Assembly (NCBI GenBank): GCA_044892525.1
Contig: CM097885.1
Location: forward strand, 30,630,001 to 30,694,000
DNA: 64,000 nucleotides
Source: Schmidtea polychroa
Taxonomy: Eukaryota
Direction of reading: 5' to 3'
This document shows positions 23,101 through 33,340 of the stretch, piece after piece. Both the position numbers and the translations under genes were made by a program. The notes beneath the pieces are model-generated. The model made no database searches and was not told the DNA's origin. It saw only the letters and a program-made list of their open reading frames with translations. How positions within the stretch are numbered: the stretch's first letter is position 1; every line of letters starts with the position of its first letter.

Positions 23101-25548
23101 TTTTGTTAAGGAAGAAGAAAAACCAGTTGTCCTTACCATTAGACATAGGCATTACAATTTCGTTCCAGTTAGCAAATTCTTTAAAAGGAAAAGTGGAGAA
23201 AAAAGTTACGAAGTTGTGTTGGATAAGTGAATTTCCAATAAAGGGGTCAACAAATATAGAAGAGTTTCTCAGAGTATGAGAGAAGATATATGCCTTGATT
23301 GCATGCTGTGACCATCATGCATATTCTTTATCAATGTTATTGGAGAAGATAAGAGTATCAGGAAGAGGTCCGAGATAAAAACTTCACATTCCTGGGAATC
23401 AAGTATCGGACGAAGATTGACTTCCGTTTCAGTCATATTAGTATCAATTTGGCTAAGTATGGCAGGAGGAGGATTATTACCAGGGAATACAAAAGGTGTA
23501 AGATGGGTCAGAAAGATATAAGATTTGATTAGGTGGAATGGGATCCATGAGCCACAGAAACAGTATAAATGATCATTTTGATTAAAGTTATGTTTTTTGT
23601 GCTTTGATTTCATGTGTGCGCAGATAGTGGATAGCGGTGAGTCAATATAAAATATCGTCTTACATTTGCTACGATTTTTGTTGTAGAAAAAGCACGACAG
23701 ATTATTCGCGATGCGTCTCAGGTACTCTAGGTCACATTGGTATTTGTGTTGGAGATGAGTTATATGGTTATAAATTTGCTTAAAAGTTATGGGATTATAC
23801 GCAAATTTATTCTCACCCGCAGATCTGCACTGAATGCAGTCAATAATTGAATGTTCTTCAATTTCTATATGATGTATCTGAAGTGCGTGCGAGATTAATT
23901 TTCCTTATTGTGTATCGAAATGAGGCCACAAATAGAGGTTTTAAATCTGGATCTGCATTCAACTTTTCCACGACCATTAAGTTGGAATAGCATATGATCA
24001 TCAGGCTTCCTCTCGTTTGTGGTCTTAGGAGTAAAGATATTGCGTGTATATTTATTAAGAGTGACAGGAGTGAGGAAGGTAGGAGAGGGAGCCGGAATAT
24101 CTTTAGAAATAATTTGTATTTTTTTGCCAAAGACATCCATTTGCGAGTCAAGCCTAAATAGATCCTGTATCTCATTACATTGAGAGGAAGTAGGAGTGGA
24201 AGGAGATAAGTCAGTGTTAGTATTAGGAGAAGGGGCATTTTTAATGGGCTCAAGAGGAGTGATATTAGTAGGAGGGGTAGAGTGGATCCTGGAGCAATTT
24301 GGAGTATTAGAATTACTATGGTGGGGTGAAGTAGATTTATTCATCATAAAGGGAGATTCAGATGCAGTTGGTTGCTGAGATATGATCTTAATTGGTGATG
24401 AAATCTTAAAATAGTGAGTGGGTATAGCAGTATTAGTAGCAGATGAAGAGCTTTCAGATATGTAAACATCATCAATGTCAGAGTTGAACAGGTCAGCAGC
24501 ATTGGAATTGTTTTCATTAGAGGGAATGAGGTTGACAAAATTTTGAGGAATTAATTTATCCACGCCAAGAAAATCAATCATATCGTCAAGATTACAATTA
24601 TAAGGAGGATAATCAAGGTTGCATTGAGAGGAGCAGGAGGCAGATAAGTTAGAACAGGTGTTGGATAATGAAGACGAGGAGCATTCAGATTCGTCACCGG
24701 AGAAACTATCTTCCGTGTCATTCAGAGGTGAGGATTTAAAGTGTGCCGGGCCAATACATGATCCACCCGTAATTAATAACGAGGAAGATGATTTATTTTT
24801 ATAATAAGATTTTTTATTATAGTTGATAATAGGATAGGAGTCATAGGGTAAAGCTTCAGAGTAGTGACGCTTACGCGAATTGTTTAAGTTGTGGTGAGGA
24901 GCTACGGTTTCGGTAGGATAACGGATATGTATTAATTGGGAGGCGTGTAGTCAGGATTTGCAGTAGGAGAGAAGATTGAAAAATATTAGATTTAATAGAG
25001 GAGGAAGAGCAAGAGTTAAGGTCAGATGATATAGGTAAGGAGGAGGTAGCTGTGTCATTAAATGTAACTGTCTTTAATGATGCAAGTTGGCCGGAGGCCG
25101 GCGAGCTGCGTCTTTTCTCGTGTTCCGCAGGAAAATCTTTCAGAAAAAGAGGGTTCTTAAGTTCATAATATTTAAACTTCAGGATGTGTTAGAGGAATAA
25201 AACCTGCTGTGATCAATTGTGATGATTGTTACCGATGAAACAAGCGTGAATACCGGTAAGAAGCGCGTTGTTGTCCGACTGCACCAAATGTTCGAAGGTA
25301 AAGGTTTCCCTAAACCTAAGTTCATCAGTTTTGGTGGGTTTACTGGTAATAAATTATTATACCTCGTCGTGCTGTTTCCAGCGAAACCCAGAATACAATA
25401 GAAGCTTAACTACTTGATACCTGTTGAGTGATCAACGTTGGTGATGTATCAAAGGTTGGAGTACTAGCAAAAAGTGAGCATACTCTGTATACTATAATTG
25501 TTCAGTACTCCTTGGGTTCACGGACTGCCGATAGAAGGCCTGTGTCCG
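20140..25548 (-). mobile_element. Decayed near-full-length non-LTR retrotransposon with a restriction-like endonuclease (NeSL/Utopia/R2 group)
   Basis: 5' structured leader, S/T/P-rich N-terminus, C2H2-like fingers (~23500-23850). RT motifs TAPGMENIS, WRPISIMNTAYRIF, GCAEHN, WLDIAFGSIPH, GVKQGC, LAYAADI (YADD altered). Zn knuckle CRHC..ETPAHIFNHC, RHDNV-like motif, RLE PDLLL..ILDIKVPFD..KY, VGTLGSW; stop at 20910. ~770 nt 3' UTR ends in an A-rich tract near 20140. Many frameshifts and an internal deletion after the RT core. Confidence 0.92.
25323..25548 (-). ncRNA. Structured 5' leader of the non-LTR element, copy A
   Basis: Hairpins CGGAC..GCC-TTCTATC-GGC-A-GTCCG; GGAGTAC..GTACTCC; TTGATAC..ACCAAC..GTATCAA; TGGGTTT..AAACCCA; ATG at 25325. 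Confidence 0.6.
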
Positions 25549-25727
25549 ATTTATCCTGGTCCCTCTATTCAAGATTGTGTTTCCAGACCTCAATTCCTAT
25601 TTCCATCTCATTACCCAAACAAACGAATTTGTAACTGTACATAAACATAAGACTAAGTTAAAATTACAATTCTTTCAAATTCCACAATAAATGAAATTGT
25701 CATAACAAACTTTTGAATGTTAGCCGT

Positions 25728-26099
25728 TTATAGGAGTCTGGAAATTGGCACATTTGCTTGTTTGGCTAGCCGTAGCCTTGCCTGTGCTGCCTTGTCGGCT
25801 CGGGTCTTCCATTTTGGCTGAGGTGCGATTATGATTTCTGCCATTGGTTGGATCTGAGCGGACACGTCTTGGTCTATTGCTCGTTGGTGCACCTGCTTTT
25901 CTAAACTCCTTATTTGCAGGCGGAGAGCCCATATCTCGGTTTGATCTTGGGTGCTCTGAAGCTGTAGCTGCTGGATCAGCTTCAGGCGTTTTTGCTTTTC
26001 TGCTGGACTAAACCAGGTGCCTTCTAATTCCCGGCACCGTCCATTGAACTTGGCAAGTCTTTGTGCGATGGGCCTCCTCCATCTACACCTACGTTGCAC
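25728..26099 (-). CDS. Small coiled-coil protein of unknown function, probably borne by a repeat or mobile element; start codon uncertain
   Basis: 123-aa open frame with a protein-level paralog at 16389-16617. Confidence 0.5.
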   Translation of the reverse strand: MQRRCRWRRPIAQRLAKFNGRCRELEGTWFSPAEKQKRLKLIQQLQLQSTQDQTEIWALRLQIRSLEKQVHQRAIDQDVSAQIQPMAEIIIAPQPKWKTRADKAAQARLRLAKQANVPISRLL

Positions 26100-26888
26100 G
26101 ACAAACGTGATCCTGATTTCCGAAAATTTTCTTTATTCAATCACGTTGCTCATTCTCAGGGTCAGTTATTCCGCACTAAAGAACCGTATGTTTATTTTGG
26201 TGATATGGAACGGGGAGATATCAATTTGGCTCATGAACTATTGGATTGTCAACTTATCCTGATAAATGTTTAAGCCACAAAAAATTTTAAATTCGTTCAA
26301 TCGTTTCTGATCCAAACGTCTCCATGGATTTTTAATTATGAGTTGTGGATTATTTAATTTTCCATTATTATTTAATTTAGGTATGGTTTTAATAAAATTA
26401 AATTTTCAATCGGTTTTTCTAATTTAATTTTTGTTTAAAGTTTTTAAACGTTTCTCGTTCTTTGTACGCAGTAGATACCTTTTGATTTGTCACGAGTGTG
26501 TAGTAAGTAAGCTGGGGAAATTTCCGTCCTTTACTAAGGTGAGATTCGAAAAGGCGTTGCTATATGGGCGGCATGACGAAATGGGACTTTCTTAATAGCC
26601 GACGGTGATTGGCTGGTTTGCTAAGTGGGTATGTAGAGTTCGTTAGTTCACTCAACTCGCAGATGGGTATTTTTTGGAGGAAGGAGTATATTGCGAAAAT
26701 TAGATTGAGATAATAAATTAGATTGAGATTATAATAAAATATTATGATTTTTCATACGCCATGTTTACAAGTTTACAGATTTTTCTGTGACCAAGCTATT
26801 TTGCAAGCGATGTGATTTCCAGTGTACCGGGGGAAGTATGCAATAGAGTTGAATCAACAATATTGTATACTTACCTGGCGCGAAGAGA

Positions 26889-26932
26889 AATAGTACTGAT
26901 GAGAGCCAAAAGCTCGAAACTAGTCTACTATT
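26889..26932 (+). ncRNA. Type I minimal hammerhead ribozyme, Penelope-like/retrozyme type
   Basis: Stem I AATAGTA/TACTATT; core CTGATGA; stem II GAGC-CAAAA-GCTC; GAAA; palindromic stem III ACTAGT; GTC triplet with predicted cleavage after 26925. Confidence 0.9.
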
Positions 26933-27829
26933 GGGATTTGCACTGGGTATCACAAAGCTTGTACTGTTTATTTTATAATAAAATCGTTCTCACTATTGAG
27001 TGCTGATTTCAGATAAGGTACAATCACAAAAGAAAGTTTTTTGGCATAAAGAATGTGGCGGTATATATACCTGGTTTTCGGTGTGCGAGTACGTGTGTGT
27101 GCATTGATGCAGTAAAACAAAACCAAATTCTTTTTAATTCTGAAACATTCTATTTTTGATTTTTATCGATTTTGATGGAAATTTTTTCGTAATAATTTTT
27201 GTTTTTATTTTTCAATTATTTTTTATTACATTTGCCTCCATGATGGATTTGGGCATTTCTAGAATGTTCCATACTAAATTTTGCTCTAATTCTTATTTTA
27301 GAATCGGTTTTGTGAATTCTTTATAAAGATTTTCATATTTTGAATTAAATTATTTATTTTGCTTAACTTTTATTGTGTCGCTTGGAGGTCATGATGGGTC
27401 TCACCATTTTCATGGATTAAAATTTGTGTTTTTATTTAAAATCTGGACAAGATTTTCTTTATTTACAATTTTTATGAGATATTCTTTTAATTTTTCTCTA
27501 ATTTCTTTGAATCGTCTTCATTCTAGTTTGTTTCTGTAATTTTATGCTTTTCTGTTGTATTGAGTAGGTTTTCGTGCAATACTTCTTGCTCGTGTTTTAT
27601 TTTAGTTTTAATTTGGACGTTTTATTTTTGGTTATTTTATTTCTTTATTATCATTTTTTACTTGGCGTTGTATATATTTTTATTAAAGTAAACTTAATGC
27701 TAGGTATGCGTGTTGTGTAACACCACATTTCGTCCCAGTTTCGAGATATGGGTCTAGAATTCAGTTCTAGTCCAACAGTTGTCAACACCATCTGTTGAAT
27801 TGCGTTCTCTATGTTATCATAGACTATGA

Positions 27830-28360
27830 GTTCCATGGGTTCACTAAATCACGTGATTTGATGAGAAATTATGATGATTTGAAAGCAGCTTTCATCAACT
27901 GTAAAACTGAGAATAAGGAAACAACCAGCTGGAGAGACGATATGGAGCTTCTCTACCACCCACTCGAGTCATCCGTCATTAAATTGAAAGAAATGAGATC
28001 GCATTAGTGAAGATTTAACAGAGTCCAAACATCTGCAATCCACGTTGGAACTGTCGTCCTATTCTAACCCTTCTTGCTTTCATTCTGATGCCTGAAGCCT
28101 GTGACAGACTGCCTAAAATCTGTTCATTCATTTTCTACTCATTGGCTGATCCTTGGTCCAACAGATTTTGATGAACTATATGCAGTTCTGAATGACTACC
28201 CAAAAGGTCTCAAATGCTTGCAAAAACACTGGAAAATATATGAATCTCCCGTCAACATTGCCAAAATCTGTGAGTATGTGATTTAAGTTTTGTAAGACCT
28301 ACATGAATCCTGCTGCGACAAGGACAAGTTCCCACTGAGATTCAACTTATCCAATGACAT
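27830..28360 (+). mobile_element. Degraded DNA transposase C-terminal region, family uncertain
   Basis: Fragmented ORFs HWLILGPTDFDEL..LKCLQKHWK.. and DLHESCCDKDKFPLRFNLSN with stops and frameshifts. Confidence 0.35.
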
Positions 28361-28659
28361 TATCGTGAATAATTGACCTCTTTGTGTGTTTGATCACCCT
28401 ATATGATGTTGTATATATAGTTATGTTTTGAGCACATAAGGAGATATCGCATGACTACCATAGACGCATTTACCCAGACTATAGTGAGCTCAACTTCTGG
28501 TTAAGCAAATAGGTTTCTAGACCATTGATAATTCAAGAGTTAATATAAGATCACGTTTAGACATTTAATGGTTTCCTTTAATTAGATATCCACTTTTCCC
28601 CGAAGTCGTAAATGTTAGTATATAATGTTACGGAGTCAGACCTCTGTTGTTTTCTTTTA

Positions 28660-28896
28660 GACGTAAGACCTTCTAACGGCAGTTCTGGTCATTGAGGCAT
28701 GTATAGGTCGAGTAGCTGGATAAAGTCAGGTAACCTCTACCCATGCATTCCGCCACACATTACCAACGCGTCTCATCCACGCGGATATACAGTTGATTGC
28801 TTGGAAGTCTTGTTTGGTGTTTTAGCCTCGGAAATAGGTAATTTCATCTCTAACAATAACACCGTTGAAAAACTGAACTAGAACGCCAATAATATG
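28660..28896 (+). ncRNA. Structured leader, copy C, with no downstream RT detected
   Basis: GACGTAAGACC-TTCTAAC-GGCAGTT; GCATG..GAGTAG..GTAACCTC..CATGC; ACCAAC-GCG..CGC-GG; TTGGTGTTTTAG..CTAGAACGCCAA; ATG at 28894. Confidence 0.55.
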
Positions 28897-31357
28897 TTGA
28901 AAACTCTTAAAACATTTTACGTACTGAGCTGTTTGACTTTGATTGAATTAATTACCTTAATAACCTGAGACAGTTTCCTTATTGTTTGATTATTATTTTT
29001 AAAATATTTTATGATGATTAAATAGCTTCCTTTCTTTGACTTCTTTCCTTTTTGTTAAGTAATGCATAACGTTATTAATGAGGAATATTTTATTCCGTAA
29101 TATGAATTTATATATGAATTTTATATATTCCGTAATATGAAATTAAATAATTATTATTTATATTAATAATTATAGCATTATATTATTATTAATATATATT
29201 AATAATATTATTAAGTGAGAATAGCTAATCACTGCATGGTTTGATATTGATATGAGGCATTGTTGTCATGGTGATTTATAGGAATTTAATTAATGGAATG
29301 TAGATAATGACATAATAAACACTTGCAAGGAACAAAAACAATAAAGTTTTTTACATTAATTTGTTATGATGTATATTTGAAAATTGTCAAAAATAGTTAC
29401 TGAATTATATTTTTAAAAATTAATTGTTCAGCCACACGAGACAACTGTTAAATAGCGCAAAGAAATCTAGTCTATTTATTCTATTATAATAAACAAAGAC
29501 AGTCATCCATCACTCTTTTTAGCATAAAATAGAATGAATTGTTTTTCATAGACTGACCACTACAATTTATCAAACTTTCAATTGCTTATCAAAGCAAAAC
29601 TTTGATGTGTAGAGGGAAAATTCTGAAAGTGAAAGAAAATGCTATTATGCTATGACTATCAAGTATCCCTTATTTATTCCCAATCTTTTAAAAAATATAG
29701 TGGACAAAAAATCAGTTGTTTTTGATTTGTTTTAATATATTAAAAAAACATGCACCAGTTCCGAACTCATTTAAAATTCACGATATGTCATATACAAAGT
29801 AAAAAAAACAGCACGTTTGGTAATAGTAAAATACTTATAATTAAAAAAAATATACCCCGACAGATTGAAAAGTAATATATTAAACAACTCAGAAGTTTTC
29901 CAATTCGAAAAAATGAGTCTAAATACAATATAGACATTAAAAATAAAAATGTAAAATAATTATTAGTTTTATCACCATTGAAAGACCAAAATTGAAATTA
30001 ATTAAAAAAATTATGAATTGTTTAAATAGATTAAAATGTCATAGTTAAATTCACTATAATGATAAAAAAAGTCAAATAATATAATTATTATTTTTGTCCA
30101 TAATAGTAATACAATAATTATTATGAATTTCACACTATGAATTTTTTATAATATAATTCACTTACCTAGAGAACTATTCAATCTTCATAACGCCATAGTT
30201 ATTATGAAATTTGAAAATATTATACTATGAATTCTTTATTCAATCGTAACAACGTATTTTGAAATTTTAAATCTTGATTGATTACTTGACGTAAATACAA
30301 TTATAATTGCAATATAAATGGTAAAAAAATTTTAAATGGTAGAAATAACTAGCAAAGTTCAAAAGGCTTTTAGTGGATATTTGGAAATACAACTAAACAC
30401 AAATGTTATTATGCTGGGGAAATTAGGCATTTGTATAGAAAAATGATATCTAAAAGTACCATTTTTGACAGGTTAAATCTACTATTTAAAATAATTCTAT
30501 AAAACCTATAGTAATAGTATTTACATACGAAAGTACCATAATTATGACAGTTGGGAATAATAAATTAACTAAATGAAATGCACCGTAACCAATATGACCA
30601 TAAAACACTCACCATAATAGAATAAATCATTATTTAAATAAAATAAACATAGATAATATACACATAGAATAAATTCTAAAATTCACAGAATTTCTCTACT
30701 TGTTTTTTTAGATCTTTAACTCCACTTCGTACTTTTCCTTGTATAGCTGAGAAAGCTGAAAGCGTATTGTTTTAATAAACAATGCTACATAAATCTACTG
30801 TGATATATAAGACCAATTTTAACTTAGTTGAAGATAATGTATCAGATGGTGAAGAATAATTGTAGATAACAACTAAATGATAAATCGTCTCTTGAGGAAT
30901 TATTTATGATAGCATTATTCAAACAAATAAGTATATTATTATTTAATTAATTAATTAATAAGATTCTATTAAAAAATAAATTTACCGAAATCGTTCTCAA
31001 TCCTTTCAACCGTTCCTGACTAGATTTTGATCAAAATAATTATTTTTTATTATTACATAATTTGTATGTTAACTACTTTACAAGGATCTATCACCTTAAA
31101 AATTAGAAAATTCTTTAATTAAAAATGACGCTTACATTTAGTAACGTTGTCTAATAACAGAGTGCGTACAAAGTTATTCTGTCAACCAACAATTGGGCTC
31201 ATACATAACTAATGTCAGTAAGTACATATTTTATTTTAATAAAAAACATTGAAAATAAAATTAGAAAAATTATCGTAACCAACTGAAATATGATATGATA
31301 TAAATATATAAACTTTAAATAATAAAAAACTTTGATAAACTATATTTAATAAAATCT

Positions 31358-33340
31358 TCATTTTCCGTTTTCATTATGTTTCCCGTCACCAAATAGGAAG
31401 AATTTCCCATCTCTTAAGCTGTCATTTGAAACAATTAATTGATGGTCATTATGTTCATGGTTTGGGTTTAAGAGAGAGACAAAAGAAGCATGGCTACGGT
31501 GTGCTCGTTGCAAATTTCTTAACCTGTTATTTCCCCTTTTCTCGTCATACAATGATGACGTTGAATCAATGTTGCTAATTTCTTGAGCCTCGAGAATACT
31601 TTGACAACGATAAACTTTCAATACTCCTGAATTGTATGCTTTTCTTTCTAAAGTCCTATTGTTCATGAACCATTTCTTGAAGTATTCATTATTGCAATTC
31701 CTATACCAATTTTCCCACTTAAATCTCAAAGACGATGATCCAATAACGGTTTTGATACCTTCCTTAACTCTATCGCAAATCTTTTCTTGAAGACTTAAGA
31801 AAACCAATTTTTCCCCATGAGTTTCAATGGAAATTTTCAGAACTTTTACCAACGGTTTAATTGAAGCTCCTAAAACATAAACGGAAAAGAAAACCATAAT
31901 TGCTGTTGCGCTTTGATAGAAATAGCGATTATCGAAATATTCATTAAGAGTCAATACCAACGAGAATCCAATGGCACCTCTCAGACCACCGTGGGCTTGG
32001 ATAAAGAGTGCTTTCTTATATTCCAATTTTTCATTTCGGAAAATATTGATAATAAATCCTAGAAAGTAAACGACAATAAAACGAGAAATATAACAAGAAA
32101 CGATGAGGAAAATCGAAAATCGTATGTCACTGTTTTTTAATAATCCAGTTGGAGAAAATGAGGTAAGCCCCATCATGATATAAATGACACCCTCCGATAA
32201 CAAGCTCAATTGAGATATAACTTGACTTATGATCGTATTGCTAGTGACAGATAAATTGGCCTGTACATATTGTCGTTGGATAAGAACACAAAAGAACAGG
32301 CTGATAATGCCGGATCCTTTAATAAAATCTGCGGTAATATAAGTGAGATAATTCAAAGAGAAAACAGCGACGAATTCCAAAGCCTGTTGGTTATAGAATA
32401 TTTTGCTGACATAACTAATGACAACGGCCATGACAAAGGCTAAAATGACAGAAATAACAAAAGCGTACACAAAGTAAAGAACGACAATTGAAAGGCTCTC
32501 AATGAAATTAATCTCTGGAATAGTTTTTATCTCATAAAAGGCCCGATAAAAAACGACAGCAACGCCATCATTGAGAAGAGATTCCCCGAAAACCACATTG
32601 TAAACCAACTTATCAATATGCATTGACTCAAACACCGACAACACAGCAACCGGATCAACAGCGCAAATGATTGTAGCAAACAATCCAGAATCGACAACAT
32701 CAAAATCTATCGTATCAAAAATGCCCCAACGAGACTTGCTGCCATAATAGAAAAGCGGCGCCAAAATTACAGCGTTCAAAATCGTTCCGACGATAGCAAA
32801 CAAAAGAATCGTTCCGAGATTTCGATAGAATGTGATTTTGTCTGTCGACCAAGCAGCTCCCATTACAATCGGAACGAGGAGGAGATTAAAAATCAAATTC
32901 GGATCCAAAGATCCTTCCCAGTTGATGCCCAATTTCAAGAGAATTATCGCTATGACAGCTCCCGATGAAACAAGAAATGCGCTTTCCGGTAGAATGCTGC
33001 CGGGTTTGATTTGATGTTTTGAGCATTTCTTTTGCGGGAGGATTTTCGGAAAGGTTTTGTTGTCACATCTCATGAAACAAACCAACAAGCAATAGTTGAA
33101 CGTTTTTTCTGATGCATATTTGACAAAAACAAACAAAATGACAAATATCGTTCCTGCGAAATAGATTTTCAACGATTCGAAATGGAAACTCGCAAATGGA
33201 TTATAAAGATTTCCAGATTGGAAATGGATTTCCTGTGAGATATTTCTTGTCTGATTTGTTGATATTTCATTTTTATCAACTGGATATGATCTGACGATGG
33301 AAATCCAAAACAAAAGTAATGCGAAAATTATTTTCTTCAT
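31358..33340 (-). CDS. Na+/H+ exchanger (SLC9A/NHE, CPA1 family), 660 aa
   Basis: Signal peptide and multiple TM helices; LPES, ILLFAIVGTILN, AVDPVAVLSVFE, VFGESLLNDGVAVV and GGLRGAIGFSL motifs; uninterrupted ORF. Confidence 0.95.
   Translation of the reverse strand: MKKIIFALLLFWISIVRSYPVDKNEISTNQTRNISQEIHFQSGNLYNPFASFHFESLKIYFAGTIFVILFVFVKYASEKTFNYCLLVCFMRCDNKTFPKILPQKKCSKHQIKPGSILPESAFLVSSGAVIAIILLKLGINWEGSLDPNLIFNLLLVPIVMGAAWSTDKITFYRNLGTILLFAIVGTILNAVILAPLFYYGSKSRWGIFDTIDFDVVDSGLFATIICAVDPVAVLSVFESMHIDKLVYNVVFGESLLNDGVAVVFYRAFYEIKTIPEINFIESLSIVVLYFVYAFVISVILAFVMAVVISYVSKIFYNQQALEFVAVFSLNYLTYITADFIKGSGIISLFFCVLIQRQYVQANLSVTSNTIISQVISQLSLLSEGVIYIMMGLTSFSPTGLLKNSDIRFSIFLIVSCYISRFIVVYFLGFIINIFRNEKLEYKKALFIQAHGGLRGAIGFSLVLTLNEYFDNRYFYQSATAIMVFFSVYVLGASIKPLVKVLKISIETHGEKLVFLSLQEKICDRVKEGIKTVIGSSSLRFKWENWYRNCNNEYFKKWFMNNRTLERKAYNSGVLKVYRCQSILEAQEISNIDSTSSLYDEKRGNNRLRNLQRAHRSHASFVSLLNPNHEHNDHQLIVSNDSLRDGKFFLFGDGKHNENGK

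Noticed and set aside
25280..25336. CTGATGA..GAAAC on the minus strand as a hammerhead in the retrotransposon leader
   Set aside because: Stem II pairs poorly and there is no NUH triplet before the stem I 3' strand; the ATG fits better as a start codon after hairpin 4
25513..25548. HDV-like ribozyme (GCC-loop-GGC resembles P3/L3)
   Set aside because: No room for a P2 5' strand and no matching P2 3' strand or catalytic C context; P1.1 is not conserved in the other copies
19890..25640. Flanks of the RLE element as two halves of a piggyBac Cys-rich tail
   Set aside because: Needs several substitutions and frameshifts to read as such; not supportable by eye
30986..31019. 34-nt AG/GT-bounded segment downstream of the NHE stop (SGTVERIENDF)
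   Set aside because: No strong in-phase donor in the NHE ORF; cannot be assigned without transcript data
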